From: Eledone cirrhosa
Lineage: Eukaryota
DNA length: 64,000 nt
Reading direction: 5' to 3'
Assembly (NCBI GenBank): GCA_964016885.1
Contig: OZ024741.1
Coordinates: 215,264,001 to 215,328,000, forward strand
This document shows, piece by piece, positions 26,005 to 41,220 of the stretch. A program made the translations under genes and the position numbers. A model generated the notes under the pieces. The model searched no databases, had not been told where the DNA came from, and was given only the letters and a program-made list of their open reading frames with translations. Position 1 is the stretch's first letter. Every line of letters starts with the position of its first letter.

Positions 26005-26614
26005 AAATATATTTATTGATAATAACAACAATTCAAAATTTCAGGTCCGTTTGGGAACAAAATTGACCAATGAAAATACAAAAGGTTTTATGCAGTTCGG
26101 TGTGTGTATATACATGTAACTACCCTTACACATATTTTACAAAAATGTATGCTCAACATGTATACGCATACAAAAAGGATGGATGCAAATACAAAATTTC
26201 AAGGTTAATGTCTCTGTAAGTTTATAATGCACAGATAAGATGCGTATAGACACATAAATATGAAATAAGTGTATACACATATTCTCATACTCACACATAT
26301 CCGTACAATCACACACACGCGCGCGTATATGCATAAACATACACATAATTACGAACATACAAACACACACACACCCCCACTCACATATATATATATGTGG
26401 ATATCATAAGCACATGGATATTAATTCACTCACATAAACACTGCCACACACATTTAGATCAAGATACAGAAATTAGGTGGGAGGGGGGGAGAGGTCAGTA
26501 TTCAACGGTTTGGGCAGACTGCTTATTATAGATGTATCTATAAACTAAGAAAATAAAAAATAAAAATTAAAAAGGAAAGAAAAGAAAAAGAAAAGAAAAA
26601 AGAAATATATCAAG

Positions 26615-26733
<119 letters not shown>

Positions 26734-26830
26734 ACACACATACATATACACACATCCACACTTAGAACATACATACACACACATATATAAACATATACAT
26801 ATACACACATACACACATATACACACATAC

Positions 26831-26879
<49 letters not shown>

Positions 26880-27189
26880 TACACATATAATCACACATAC
26901 TATATAGACACACATATATATACACACATACACGCACATATACATACACATACATACTTATATACATACAGATATACACATACATACCTATATATACACA
27001 CAAATACATACAGACATACATACATACATACATACACACAAATACTTACGCATCCATATATCGGTATATACATACAAACACCACTACACTCTCACACAAC
27101 TCAGACATACAAAGAAAAAGGTATATACCTATACACATATACATATACAAATAGAGATACATATACATATATATATATACATATATATA

Positions 27190-27220
<31 letters not shown>

Positions 27221-27411
27221 ACACATATACACACATATACATACATACACATACATACATGTACACACACATACATATACATACATACACACATACACAC
27301 ATACATATATAGTCATACACACACATACACCTACACGAACATACACATACACATATATAAAGATATATATACACACACACACATACACACACACACATAT
27401 ATATAAAATAA

Positions 27412-27452
<41 letters not shown>

Positions 27453-27779
27453 CATATACATACACACATACATAGACATATATGTACATACATAGACATA
27501 CATACATACATATACACACATATATACATATATATACACACATAGACACATACATACATACACACACAACATACATACACACACATATATACTCATACAT
27601 AGAATTAGATATATATTCATACATACATACGCACTTACATATACTCATATATACAAATACATACGCATCCATATATGCGTATATACATACAAACACCACT
27701 ACACCCTCACACAACTCAGACATACAAAGAAAAAGGCATATACATATACATATATACACACATTAATAGAGATATATAT

Positions 27780-27823
<44 letters not shown>

Positions 27824-28031
27824 ATTTATATATATACTCCCACACACACATACAACCATAAACACACATACAAACACACACATACACATATATATACACA
27901 TACATATATATACACACACACAAAAAACAGACATACACATATATATTTTTTTACACATATATATACACATATATATACATATACACACCCTCACATATAC
28001 ACACATACACATAAGTTATATTATAATAATA

Positions 28032-28076
<45 letters not shown>

Positions 28077-28315
28077 CGAATATAGACATATATACACACA
28101 TAGATATACATATATATATACATATACACACACACACACACACACTCACATATATATGTGCGCACACGTACATATATACACATACACACATATACACGTA
28201 AACACATACATGTGCATACATGCACATACACACATATACCCACATAGATACGAAGATAGACATATAAATAGAGAGACATACATATATATACACACACATA
28301 TATACATACATACAT

Positions 28316-28362
<47 letters not shown>

Positions 28363-28749
28363 CACACATACACGCCCACGCACATATACACATATACATA
28401 TATATATACACATACACACATACACATACACATATATATACACACATGCATATATACACATATATATATACATACACACATATATATACACACAATCTTA
28501 CATTCTTATTTGCATGCGCATATATGTATTTTTATATTCAGATATAAATACCCAAACATATATACACCTACCTACATATATATTCATACATACACGCTTA
28601 CAAACACAGATGATAATAGTATGGGGGAAGGGGGGGGGGGGGTTGGAGAAGGGGATTATAGTAAATATATGTTTCAAGAAACATAGAATTTTATCTGTAT
28701 CTGGATCCAATGTATGTTTTTACATAGTTTCAGTGTTAGGAAATACAAG

Positions 28750-29199
28750 AAATAAGGCAAAATTTATGCATTTCAAAATAAATAAGTATACCATTAATTA
28801 TATGTTAACTAAACTAAAGATAGTTAACATATTGATTTCTAAGGTGTAAATTAGTTAGGTTTATAATATTTGAAGCAGAATTTTGAAGTTAAATAGTAGT
28901 AGAGTATTAATTATAGTATAACTAAATTAAAGTTAATAACGTTATGGTATCAATATTAGGAAATGAATTTAGTAATAGGGAAAAAACAAATAAAGTATTA
29001 CATCGGTAGTAGAATATAAATTATAGGTTAACTAAATTAAAAATTATATATTAATTTCTATAGTATATGTTAATTAGGTATATAATAAATAAAACAGATA
29101 TTGTATTTTATCAATAGCAGAATATAATTATATGCAAATAGAAATCAAAATTAATACATATACATATACATATACATACACATATATATATATATATAC

Positions 29200-29242
<43 letters not shown>

Positions 29243-29800
29243 CACACACACATACACATACATATACATACATACATATACATATTTTTTCAAAAATTGC
29301 AAAGAATATATTAACTAGGTATACATCCAAAACACATCCCATTCTATGATTACATGACATTCTGCAATCCGTCTGTATAAGGATACTAATTTTAAGCCAA
29401 TTAAATTAAATTTTAGGTTGACTAAATTTAAAACCAAATTATAAATATATTTCTAAAATGTATATTAATTAGGTCTATAATACTAAAAATTATTTCTCTG
29501 TCATTGGATACACGATATTTTGTTATATTTTATCTGTAAAGGAATTTTAATAAAAGGTTTAAATAAATTAAAATTAATCTATAAATTAAATTACTAAGTA
29601 TATATTAGTAATATTTAAATGTTTTTCACAATTTATGATTACACAATATTTTATATTCTCATCTGTAATAGAATTTTAATTAAATTAAATTTATAGGTTA
29701 ACTAACATTTAAATTAAATTAATTTCTTAAATAATGCTATTAATTAGGTTTATAATATTTAAATGTTTTTTTTAGTTTATGATTACACGATATAATTAAT
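28750..29800 (-). repeat. Degenerate tandem duplications of the ORF C-terminus/stop region
   Basis: Motifs ttataggttaactaa and ttaattaggt.tataata recur near 28850, 29020-29085, 29410-29480 and 29690-29758. Confidence 0.55.
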
Positions 29801-32202
29801 TCCTGTCGTTTATTTAATAGGATATCCTTAGATTTCATTATTACAAATAGTTCTTGGGAACATAATCTACATTCATTTCTATTATTTTGATAAGGGGTGG
29901 CTCTTTTGAGCACACTCCAGGTCAAATCATATTCTATATTCTTATTTTTATAACTATTGATTTTTTCTGCTAGAGATGTTGTATTAGCCAGTGCGGCATT
30001 TTTAAAACTATGCTTGTGGGTATTAAACCTTGTCTTAAAATTGTTAGAGGTAGCTCCTATATATGAGCAAATAGAATCTTTAGTTTTAACATTACATTTA
30101 TAGACTATGTTGTTAACAAGACAATTCCCTTTTAATGGGCAGTTTGCTTTGTTTCTACAGTTACAACCTTTCGTTAATTCTGTATTTGAGGAGATATTAT
30201 GGTTAATTTGATGTACTGGTGGTATACTTATGGTTTTCTTACATTTATATGCATTATAGGCACTTATATTTTGTTTTATGTTATTTGTTGTAGAGTATGA
30301 GAATTTAACTGTAGACCTATTTAAGATTTGATGGTATTTGTGGTTTGGCGGGAAGTTTTTCTCTAGGATATAAAAAATTTTTTTAGCAATATTATCCTTA
30401 ATTTGTAAATTAAATGGAGCATTATACCAAGTAACCCGTCTATTACGGTTTCTATGTTGTTTATTATTTTTATTATTTTTATAGGTTGTATCGTGATGTT
30501 TACTAGGAGGATTAATGTTAATGATCTCACCACAACCATTTTTAGTTATATTTGTAGATTTAGGTGTTTTATCCTTTTTATTAGGAGTTTTATTATTAAT
30601 ATTTATTAGAGTTGTATGATGAGTAGTTTTTTGAGAGTTACTATATTTTATATTAGAAGATTTGGTATTTTGGGGTATAGTGTGGGTGGCATTTAGGTGT
30701 GTACTTTTCATTTGGTGTTTGTTGGTAATATTAGGTTGTATGCTTTTAGTATTTTTAGTAGAAGGTATATATTCTAATCTATTTTTGTGGCCACTTCTAT
30801 CTAGAGCTTCGTTATAGAAGGTCGCATTTTTATCAAATACATCTTGGTTAGAAGAAAGGTTAGAAATTCTAAGTGATATATTATATGCAAGGTTTTTAAG
30901 GATAGATTTAGGGTGATTAGATTGTGAGTGTATGTAATGTAAGTTTTGGTTTGGTTTATGGTAAGGTTGGTAGATACCCGTAGCTAAATCTAAAGTTATA
31001 TCTAGGAAATTTACTACTTTACTTGTTTTTTCAAAAGTAATATGAAGATTATAATAGTCTTTAAGGAAAGTTCTAATATGTTTTTTGTTTTTTTCAATTT
31101 CTGAAAGGCTAAGGTTGTTAGAAAGAAGAAGACAGTCATCACGATATAAACCACCTTTGAGGTGGGGAAAGGAGGCATTTATGTTGAAAAGGAGAAAGAG
31201 GCCCACAAGATCAGTAATTTGGGCGGAATCGCTTGAACCCATAGTAATATCAAATAGATTACTATATGTGTTTCTGGTCCAGTATTCATTCTGAAATTCA
31301 ATAAGTGTTAGTCTAGCATGTGTAATAATATTAATGTCATCCAAAGTTAAGTTAGATCTATTTTTAGCAAATATCAATGCTTTGTTCAGGAGTATAGGTG
31401 ATATAGAAGAATAGTAATTATCTATATCAAATTGTAGAAATGAAGCAGAAGATTTACATCTAATATTTTTAAACCAGTTAATTACCTGGGAGGTGTTTTC
31501 CCAGAGTGGTAAAATAACGTGTTTTCTTATTTGTGGGATGACTCTATCCAAAATTTTTTTGCTAATTATTCCAATATCTGATTTGGAGGGACATATAAGT
31601 CTAATAGAAGGATTTGAGTTAAAGTTTGATTTATGATCCTTCAGGTTGAAGTGTGGTCTTTTCAATGCCAAAGGTTCAGTTCTATCTTCAATGTTTAGTT
31701 TTTTTACTATGTTGTGTGTTTTGTTGTTGATGTTGGTGAGTGACGCATTATTAGATTTTTTATAATTTTTTCTGAGTTCTTTATATATGAACTCATTATA
31801 ATGTTCAATATCCATATGATACAAGTTACCAGTTTTGTCCGAGTGGACATGGATTTTTTTAGACTTTTTTAGGTCCAATAGGGTAGAATCAAGGTCCTTT
31901 TGAAAGACGGATTTATACTTTTTAAATTTGAGGTGTTTAATTAAATTAAAAAGGTCTTTCTCGAAGTCTTCAAGTAAAAAGTTGTGTGGTGAATTCTTGT
32001 AAGTATTGAAATCATACATATATTTCCGATCTGCTTGTTTAGATTTTTTATCGAAGTGGTAGGCTCTCCATCTAACCGTTCTGATAAAATTATTAGCTTT
32101 TTGAATCATAAGGAGTAAGAAGTCATCCTTAGAAGGTATTGGTATGTTTTTTAAAGAGGTTCCCAAATATTGTTTTTCCATTGTGATATGGATGATGGAC
32201 AA
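29740..32202 (-). CDS. Penelope-like (Naiad) reverse transcriptase - GIY-YIG endonuclease, intact (first ATG at 32181)
   Basis: SDKTGNLY, FLQFDIDNYYSSI, FDITMGSSDSAQITDLVG, GGLYRDD, VNFLDITL, WYNAPF, CNCRNKANCPLKGNC (CxCx5Cx5C), NIVYKC..SYIGAT..FKTRFNTH, CRLCSQE; no stops. Confidence 0.95.
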   Translation of the reverse strand: MSIIHITMEKQYLGTSLKNIPIPSKDDFLLLMIQKANNFIRTVRWRAYHFDKKSKQADRKYMYDFNTYKNSPHNFLLEDFEKDLFNLIKHLKFKKYKSVFQKDLDSTLLDLKKSKKIHVHSDKTGNLYHMDIEHYNEFIYKELRKNYKKSNNASLTNINNKTHNIVKKLNIEDRTEPLALKRPHFNLKDHKSNFNSNPSIRLICPSKSDIGIISKKILDRVIPQIRKHVILPLWENTSQVINWFKNIRCKSSASFLQFDIDNYYSSISPILLNKALIFAKNRSNLTLDDINIITHARLTLIEFQNEYWTRNTYSNLFDITMGSSDSAQITDLVGLFLLFNINASFPHLKGGLYRDDCLLLSNNLSLSEIEKNKKHIRTFLKDYYNLHITFEKTSKVVNFLDITLDLATGIYQPYHKPNQNLHYIHSQSNHPKSILKNLAYNISLRISNLSSNQDVFDKNATFYNEALDRSGHKNRLEYIPSTKNTKSIQPNITNKHQMKSTHLNATHTIPQNTKSSNIKYSNSQKTTHHTTLININNKTPNKKDKTPKSTNITKNGCGEIININPPSKHHDTTYKNNKNNKQHRNRNRRVTWYNAPFNLQIKDNIAKKIFYILEKNFPPNHKYHQILNRSTVKFSYSTTNNIKQNISAYNAYKCKKTISIPPVHQINHNISSNTELTKGCNCRNKANCPLKGNCLVNNIVYKCNVKTKDSICSYIGATSNNFKTRFNTHKHSFKNAALANTTSLAEKINSYKNKNIEYDLTWSVLKRATPYQNNRNECRLCSQELFVIMKSKDILLNKRQELIISCNHKLKKTFKYYKPN

Positions 32203-32533
32203 TTGAAAGAGCTCAACTAAATGTATATGGGTTTACAAAATCATACATATATATGTATATACACAAATATAAAATTAATACACACATACAGTACAAAAAT
32301 ACGAATATTTCCGTGAAAATAGGAGCAAAATTATGTAGATAAATCTACCAAGAGTTTACGGTAGTGTCCAATCCGTATGAAGAACTCAATGTATTCCGGA
32401 TATCATGGAAAGAAGAGATGTAATGAAAAATCACTTTCGGTGAAAGATAAACGGTATACAGAGTCAAGATAAAATATTAAACAAATAATGAATAAAACAA
32501 TGAAACAGTTCCTTATATTAAACAAAAAAAGTT

Positions 32534-32683
32534 CATTATTTAACGATCGTTTCTAGGATATATATGTGTTAGAATTGGTATGCATATTCAACAGATCTAT
32601 GTACAAAATTATACAGAATTATACAAACTATCAAGATTAAATATACATACCAACACATATATACGCCGTCTTCAGAAATAATG
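32534..32683 (-). ncRNA. Type I hammerhead ribozyme with ~115 nt stem II (5' pLTR copy)
   Basis: Same motif; cleavage site ~360 nt upstream of the ORF ATG. Confidence 0.78.
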
Positions 32684-33317
32684 AAATATATTTATTGATA
32701 ATAACAACAATTCAAAATTTCAGGTCCGTTTGGGAACAAAATTGACCAATGAAAATACAAAAGGTTTTATGCAGTTCGGTGTGTGTATATACATGTAACT
32801 ACCCTTACACATATTTTACAAAAATGTATGCTCAACATGTATACGCATACCAAAAGGATGGATGCAAGTACAAAATTTCAAGGTTAATGTCTCTGTAAGT
32901 TTATAATGCACAGATAAGATGCGTATAGACACATAAATATGAAATAAGTGTATACACATATTCTCATACTCACACATATCCGTACAATCACACACACGCG
33001 CGCGTATATGCATAAACATACACATAATTACGAACATACAAACACACACACACCCCCACTCACATATATATATATGTGGATATCATAAGCACATGGATAT
33101 TAATTCACTCACATAAACACTGCCACACACATTTAGATCAAGATACAGAAATTAGGTGGGAGGGGGGAGAGGTCAGTATTCAACGGTTTGGGCAGACTGC
33201 TTATTATAGATGTATCTATAAACTAAGAAAATAAAAAATAAAAATTAAAAAGGAAAGAAAAGAAAAAGAAAAGAAAAAAGAAATATATCAAGAAAATATA
33301 TATATATATATATATAT

Positions 33318-33373
<56 letters not shown>

Positions 33374-33470
33374 ACACACATACATATACACACATCCACA
33401 CTTAGAACATACATACACACACATATATAAACATATACATATACACACATACACACATATACACACATAC

Positions 33471-33581
<111 letters not shown>

Positions 33582-33886
33582 TACACATATAATCACACAT
33601 ACTATATAGACACACATATATATACACACATACACGCACATATACATACACATACATACTTATATACATACAGATATACACATACATACCTATATATACA
33701 CACAAATACATACAGACATACATACATACATACACACAAATACTTACGCATCCATATATCGGTATATACATACAAACACCACTACACTCTCACACAACTC
33801 AGACATACAAAGAAAAAGGTATATACCTATACACATATACATATACAAATAGAGATACATATACATATATATATATACATATATAT

Positions 33887-33923
<37 letters not shown>

Positions 33924-34113
33924 CACATATACACACATATACATACATACACATACATACATGTACACACACATACATATACATACATACACACATACAC
34001 ACATACATATATAGTCATACACACACATACACCTACACGAACATACACATACACATATATAAAGATATATATACACACACACACATACACACACACACAT
34101 ATATATAAAATAA

Positions 34114-34166
<53 letters not shown>

Positions 34167-34474
34167 CATATACATACACACATACATAGACATATATGTA
34201 CATACATAGACATACATACATACATATACACACATATATACATATATATACACACATAGACACATACATACATACACACACAACATACATACACACACAT
34301 ATATACTCATACATAGAATTAGATATATATTCATACATACATACGCACTTACATATACTCATATATACAAATACATACGCATGTATTATATGTATGTGTG
34401 TATGTGTGTATGTATGTATATGTATGTGTGTGTACACGTATGTATGTGTATGTATGTATATGTGTGTATATGTG

Positions 34475-34509
<35 letters not shown>

Positions 34510-34814
34510 ATATATATGTATATATATATATGTATATGTATCTCTATTTGTATATGTATATGTGTATAGGTATATACCTTTTTCTTTGTATGTCTGAGTT
34601 GTGTGAGAGTGTAGTGGTGTTTGTATGTATATACCGATATATGGATGCGTAAGTATTTGTGTGTATGTATGTATGTATGTCTGTATGTATTTGTGTGTAT
34701 ATATAGGTATGTATGTGTATATCTGTATGTATATAAGTATGTATGTGTATGTATATGTGCGTGTATGTGTGTATATATATGTGTGTCTATATAGTATGTG
34801 TGATTATATGTGTA

Positions 34815-34877
<63 letters not shown>

Positions 34878-34974
34878 GTATGTGTGTATATGTGTGTATG
34901 TGTGTATATGTATATGTTTATATATGTGTGTGTATGTATGTTCTAAGTGTGGATGTGTGTATATGTATGTGTGT

Positions 34975-35061
<87 letters not shown>

Positions 35062-35670
35062 CTTGATATATTTCTTTTTTCTTTTCTTTTTCTTTTCTTT
35101 CCTTTTTAATTTTTATTTTTTATTTTCTTAGTTTATAGATACATCTATAATAAGCAGTCTGCCCAAACCGTTGAATACTGACCTCTCCCCCCTCCCACCT
35201 AATTTCTGTATCTTGATCTAAATGTGTGTGGCAGTGTTTATGTGAGTGAATTAATATCCATGTGCTTATGATATCCACATATATATATATGTGAGTGGGG
35301 GTGTGTGTGTGTTTGTATGTTCGTAATTATGTGTATGTTTATGCATATACGCGCGCGTGTGTGTGATTGTACGGATATGTGTGAGTATGAGAATATGTGT
35401 ATACACTTATTTCATATTTATGTGTCTATACGCATCTTATCTGTGCATTATAAACTTACAGAGACATTAACCTTGAAATTTTGTATTTGCATCCATCCTT
35501 TTGGTATGCGTATACATGTTGGGCATACATTTTTGTAAAATATGTGTAAGGGTAGTTACATGTATATACACACACCGAACTGCATAAAACCTTTTGTATT
35601 TTCATTGGTCAATTTTGTTCCCAAACGGACCTGAAATTTTGAATTGTTGTTATTATCAATAAATATATTT

Positions 35671-35820
35671 CATTATTTCTGAAGACGGCGTATATATGTG
35701 TTGGTATGTATATTTAATCTTGATAGTTTGTATAATTCTGTATAATTTTGTACATAGATCTGTTGAATATGCATACCAATTCTAACACATATATATCCTA
35801 GAAACGATCGTTAAATAATG
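35671..35820 (+). ncRNA. Type I hammerhead ribozyme with ~115 nt stem II (inverted pLTR copy)
   Basis: CATTATTT-CTGAAGA-[CGGCGTATATATGTGTTGGTATGTATATTTAA...TTGAATATGCATACCAATTCTAACACATATATATCCTA]-GAA-ACGATCGT-T^AAATAATG. Confidence 0.78.
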
Positions 35821-36016
35821 AACTTTTTTTGTTTAATATAAGGAACTGTTTCATTGTTTTATTCATTATTTGTTTAATATTTTATCTTGACTCTGTATAC
35901 CGTTTATCTTTCACCGAAAGTGATTTTTCATTACATCTCTTCTTTCCATGATATCCGGAATACATTGAGTTCTTCATACGGATTGGACACTACCGTAAAC
36001 TCTTGGTAGATTTATC

Positions 36017-36133
<117 letters not shown>

Positions 36134-36193
36134 TTATTAAAACAACAGATTAAAGTTTAAGCAAAGAATCCCTGCTTTCACCCTTAACATTGT

Positions 36194-36226
<33 letters not shown>

Positions 36227-36230
36227 ATAT

Positions 36231-36412
36231 AGGGCGGTGGATTGGCAGTATCGGTAGAGGGTCTGACGCCATGCTTTGCAACAAAGAGTTACGGCCCTTT
36301 ATAGTCTGAGTTCAAATCCCGCCGAGTTTAACTTTGCCTTTCATCCTTACGGGGTCGATAAAATAAAGTACCAGTAATACACTGGGTATTTGCAAAGGTA
36401 GAAACAATTATT
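36231..36412 (+). mobile_element. tRNA-derived SINE
   Basis: gggcggtggattggcagtatcggtag...gagttcaaatcccgccgag...gtagaaacaattatta. Confidence 0.85.
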
Positions 36413-36633
36413 ACTATATAAATATATATATATACATATATATACGTATATATATGTGTGCGTGTACGTATATAAGTATAGGTGTATGTACATACACACA
36501 CATACTTATATGTGTATGTGTGTGAACGTGCTTGTGTATGCTTGTGTATGTTTGTGTATGTACATATCTGCGAGTATTTTGGTTTCGTTAAATGTAATCT
36601 AACAGCTAATGATTCAACAGAATACATACTCTC

Positions 36634-36688
<55 letters not shown>

Positions 36689-36874
36689 TCCTCTCTCTCT
36701 CTCTCTATCTCTCTATCTCTCTTACTGTCTCTTTCTCTTTATCTTCCTATCTCTCTCACTCTCTCACTCTTTCTCTCTATCTGCACCCCCCTCTCTCTCT
36801 CTCTCTCTCTTACTGTCTCTTTCTCTCTATCTTCCTATCTCTCTCACTCTCTCACTCTTTCTCTCTATCTGCAC

Positions 36875-36946
<72 letters not shown>

Positions 36947-37195
36947 ATCTCTCTCTCTAACTATCCATCATCTATCTATCTATCTCTGTACCTGCATTAC
37001 TAAATTTTCCTGAAAATTTTCCACCTATATTCATTTCTACAAACAAACACACGCTCACACATATGAATATATATGTGTGTGTGTGTGTATATGTGTGTGT
37101 ATATGTGTAAGTATATATATATATATGAAATACTGTGTGCTTCTTGCTCATAAATAATTTCTATACTTTTCATTTATATATTTATATATATATAT

Positions 37196-37422
<227 letters not shown>

Positions 37423-37437
37423 TTTTAATATAGTTGA

Positions 37438-37486
37438 GATTCTACAGGACTAGAACTGTTTCATTCTTTAGAAATCATCAGGAATC
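37438..37486 (-). ncRNA. Type I hammerhead ribozyme (same family as 20576)
   Basis: Minus strand: GATTC-CTGATGA-TTTCTAAAGAAT-GAAACAGTTCTAGTCCTGTA^GAATC; truncated plus-strand partner at 37487-37520. Confidence 0.75.
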
Positions 37487-37589
37487 GATTCCTGATGATT
37501 TCTAAAGAATGAAACAGTTCACTTTTATACTCTGCAATGTATTGAGTACCTTACTTACTGTGGTTACCTCCGATTCAACCCGGAATAAC

Positions 37590-37637
<48 letters not shown>

Positions 37638-37691
37638 TGAAACAAAATGAAAACGAAATTTCATTTCTCACTCTTAGTATGGCACTTACTT

Positions 37692-38227
37692 AAATGTAAG
37701 TATGCATGTATACGTACATACATATATGTATACAGACGTACAGTAGCATGCACATATATATATATATATACATATATACATACATATGCATACAGGTACA
37801 CATACATATATGCACGTATCAGTTTAGCGGCGCTTATTATAACGTCGCTTTGTTCGTTTGTAAACAAACTGAACAGCCTGAATTTATGCCATACGGTGTT
37901 AAGGCAACCACGTCACCTTTTTGTTCAACACTGACACAGGAACGATGTACTAGTTTCAAGCTTGTTAGCTATCATCAGCACCGTTTACCCATCTGCCAGA
38001 TAGTTGAACGTTCGAAAGTATATACTTTCCTTATGAATTCAGGCTGTTCAGTTTGTTTACAAACGAACAAAGCGACGTTATAATAAGCGCCGCTAAACTG
38101 ATACGTGCATATATGTATGTGTACCTGTATGCATATGTATGTATATATGTATATATATTATATATATGTGCATGCTACTGTACGTCTGTATACATATATG
38201 TATGTACGTATACATGCATACTTACAT
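37692..38227. repeat. Foldback with ~190 bp near-perfect arms and ~150 bp spacer
   Basis: ~37694-37885 is the reverse complement of ~38033-38227. Confidence 0.85.
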
Positions 38228-38373
38228 ATATATATATATATATACACATATATATACATATATATATATTCATAATGTACATATATGTAGGTTTATATGG
38301 TTTCGGTTCCCCATGCATTACTCATTTCTACTATCCACCACTTGACCATGAACCGTGGAGTGTTTCCGATTAT

Positions 38374-38566
38374 AGGGCGGTGGATTGGCAGTATCGGTAG
38401 AGGGTCGGAACGCCATGCTTTGACGCATAGAGTTACGGCCCTTGCCATTCTGAGTTCAAATCCCGACGAGGTTAACTTTTGTCTTTCATCCTTACGGGGT
38501 CGATAAAATAAAGTACCAGTAATGTACTGGTATTTGCTGGCCTTGTGCGAAAAGTAGAAATAATTA
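38374..38566 (+). mobile_element. tRNA-derived SINE
   Basis: A and B boxes and family body. Confidence 0.85.
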
Positions 38567-38571
38567 TACAT

Positions 38572-38630
<59 letters not shown>

Positions 38631-38673
38631 ATAATATATAGGTATATCTATACACAAGCACATATATACAAGC

Positions 38674-38705
<32 letters not shown>

Positions 38706-39011
38706 TATTACATATATATAATTATATATATATATATGTATATATATACACACACATATATATAGGTATATCTATACCCCCACAGACACACACACACATA
38801 TATATATATGTGTGTATTTATGTATATATGTACCCACCTTCCATTTCAATGTGGAGTGTTTCCCAGCGTATTATATATTTACTGTTCAGTAACAGAACAG
38901 TTTTTTAAATTTATTTTTGCGACTCCGGATATACTTTGTTGCTATCGCTGTACTTGAGTTTCTGATACATTCAAAATATACCCACTACACATATAAATGT
39001 ATATATGTATA

Positions 39012-39055
<44 letters not shown>

Positions 39056-39487
39056 GGGGGGGGGGGTTGTGGGTGAATTAGTATATATATATAAAATATA
39101 TACATATATATATACACATATATATACTAATAATAATAAATTTGAAGACTCAAATCCAAAGAGGGCTCGATAAGGATAAGTATATATCAAATATATAAGA
39201 ACCGTAGAGCAAATATTTATTAAAATAACAGATTAAAGTTTAAGCAAAGAATCGCTGCTTTCACTCTTAACGGGATCTTCTGAATCTAAAAAAAAATCAA
39301 TGTGTAAACGCAGAAGTAAATTTTTCGATAAACGCTGCAGCCGAAGGAAAACAGGAAGAGGATACTTTGGTTCGTTAAGACGTTCCCTGGTAATGAACGG
39401 CAAAAAGCGAAGATAATACGTCATTAAGTGGAACCGTTGAGAACAATTACACGCAATGACAAAACAACGTTTATGGTATAAAAGAGT

Positions 39488-39939
<452 letters not shown>

Positions 39940-40017
39940 GCGTCTATCAACAATCATGAAATTTTATCCAAACATTGATACATATACATATGAATACATA
40001 CATACATATATACACAT

Positions 40018-40432
40018 ATGGTGGCTGCCAACTCGTTTTCGAGTACGGCCACTCCACTACTTTATATCCATGTAGGAGAAACCCCTACTGATGCGCTGAA
40101 CGAGTGTGACTTTTTAGTCCAGCCAGCGACTTGAAAACTCTGGTACAAACCCACACTTGTGACAATTATTGACACATAGTGCTGGGCCCATTGTACTCTG
40201 TGACGACAAGTGTAGAGAGATCTCCAGATATAAAGCAATGCCTGTGCCGTGAAGCTTTTATAGTGAGCAAAGGCACTGCACAAAGCCAGTCCCACTCTCT
40301 TAACCAAGATGATATTTACCTAAAAGAAGAATAAGTCAACATCATTGGATACCATCAGGGTTGCAGGCGTTATATCAGAGTTCGCCTTCTCCCAGAATTC
40401 TGCCTTGACAAAGGCTAAGGGGTCATTTCTCT
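40018..40432 (-). mobile_element. Non-autonomous RTE-related element, 5'-truncated
   Basis: Similar to ~25246-25648. Confidence 0.7.
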
Positions 40433-40510
40433 CATACATATATTTACGTACATACACACATCATACACACATATTTATGTATATTATCTATATGTGTATG
40501 TATGCATGTA

Positions 40511-40560
<50 letters not shown>

Positions 40561-40619
40561 TATGTCTACATATATACGTATACATATATATACATATATA
40601 TGTATATATATCTATCTAT

Positions 40620-40908
40620 CTAAGGCGGGTAAAATTCCCGAGATCCATGGACGAGTTCTCTCCAGCGGTCTCTGTCCCTCATTATCGCTGCCATATCCTG
40701 CATCTCCAACAGACCAGTGTCTGTCCTTAGGGCATAAACATATGTTAACCTTGGTCTTCCTCTTCTAGTGTGTCCATGTAGGGGCTCCCAAAGGAGCACT
40801 GAGTGCAATGTCAACTCTGGATGTCGGTGAGCATGTCCAGCCAACCTCAGTCTCCTCTGTGTCACTTTTGAGCTGACTTTTGGGATGCTCCCATACAGCT
40901 CTGAGTTA
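40620..40908 (-). mobile_element. RTE/RTEX-type LINE 3' fragment
   Basis: [33 protein letters not shown]...MRDRDRWR. Confidence 0.75.
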
Positions 40909-40910
40909 TA

Positions 40911-40977
<67 letters not shown>

Positions 40978-41009
40978 ATATATATATATGTCTACATATA
41001 TACGTATAC

Positions 41010-41109
<100 letters not shown>

Positions 41110-41149
41110 GTATGTATATATATATATATGTCTACATATATACGTATAC

Positions 41150-41201
<52 letters not shown>

Positions 41202-41220
41202 GAGAGGTATATACATATAT

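Noticed and set aside
36231-36325. tRNA gene
   Set aside because: A and B boxes belong to a multi-copy SINE head; no cloverleaf
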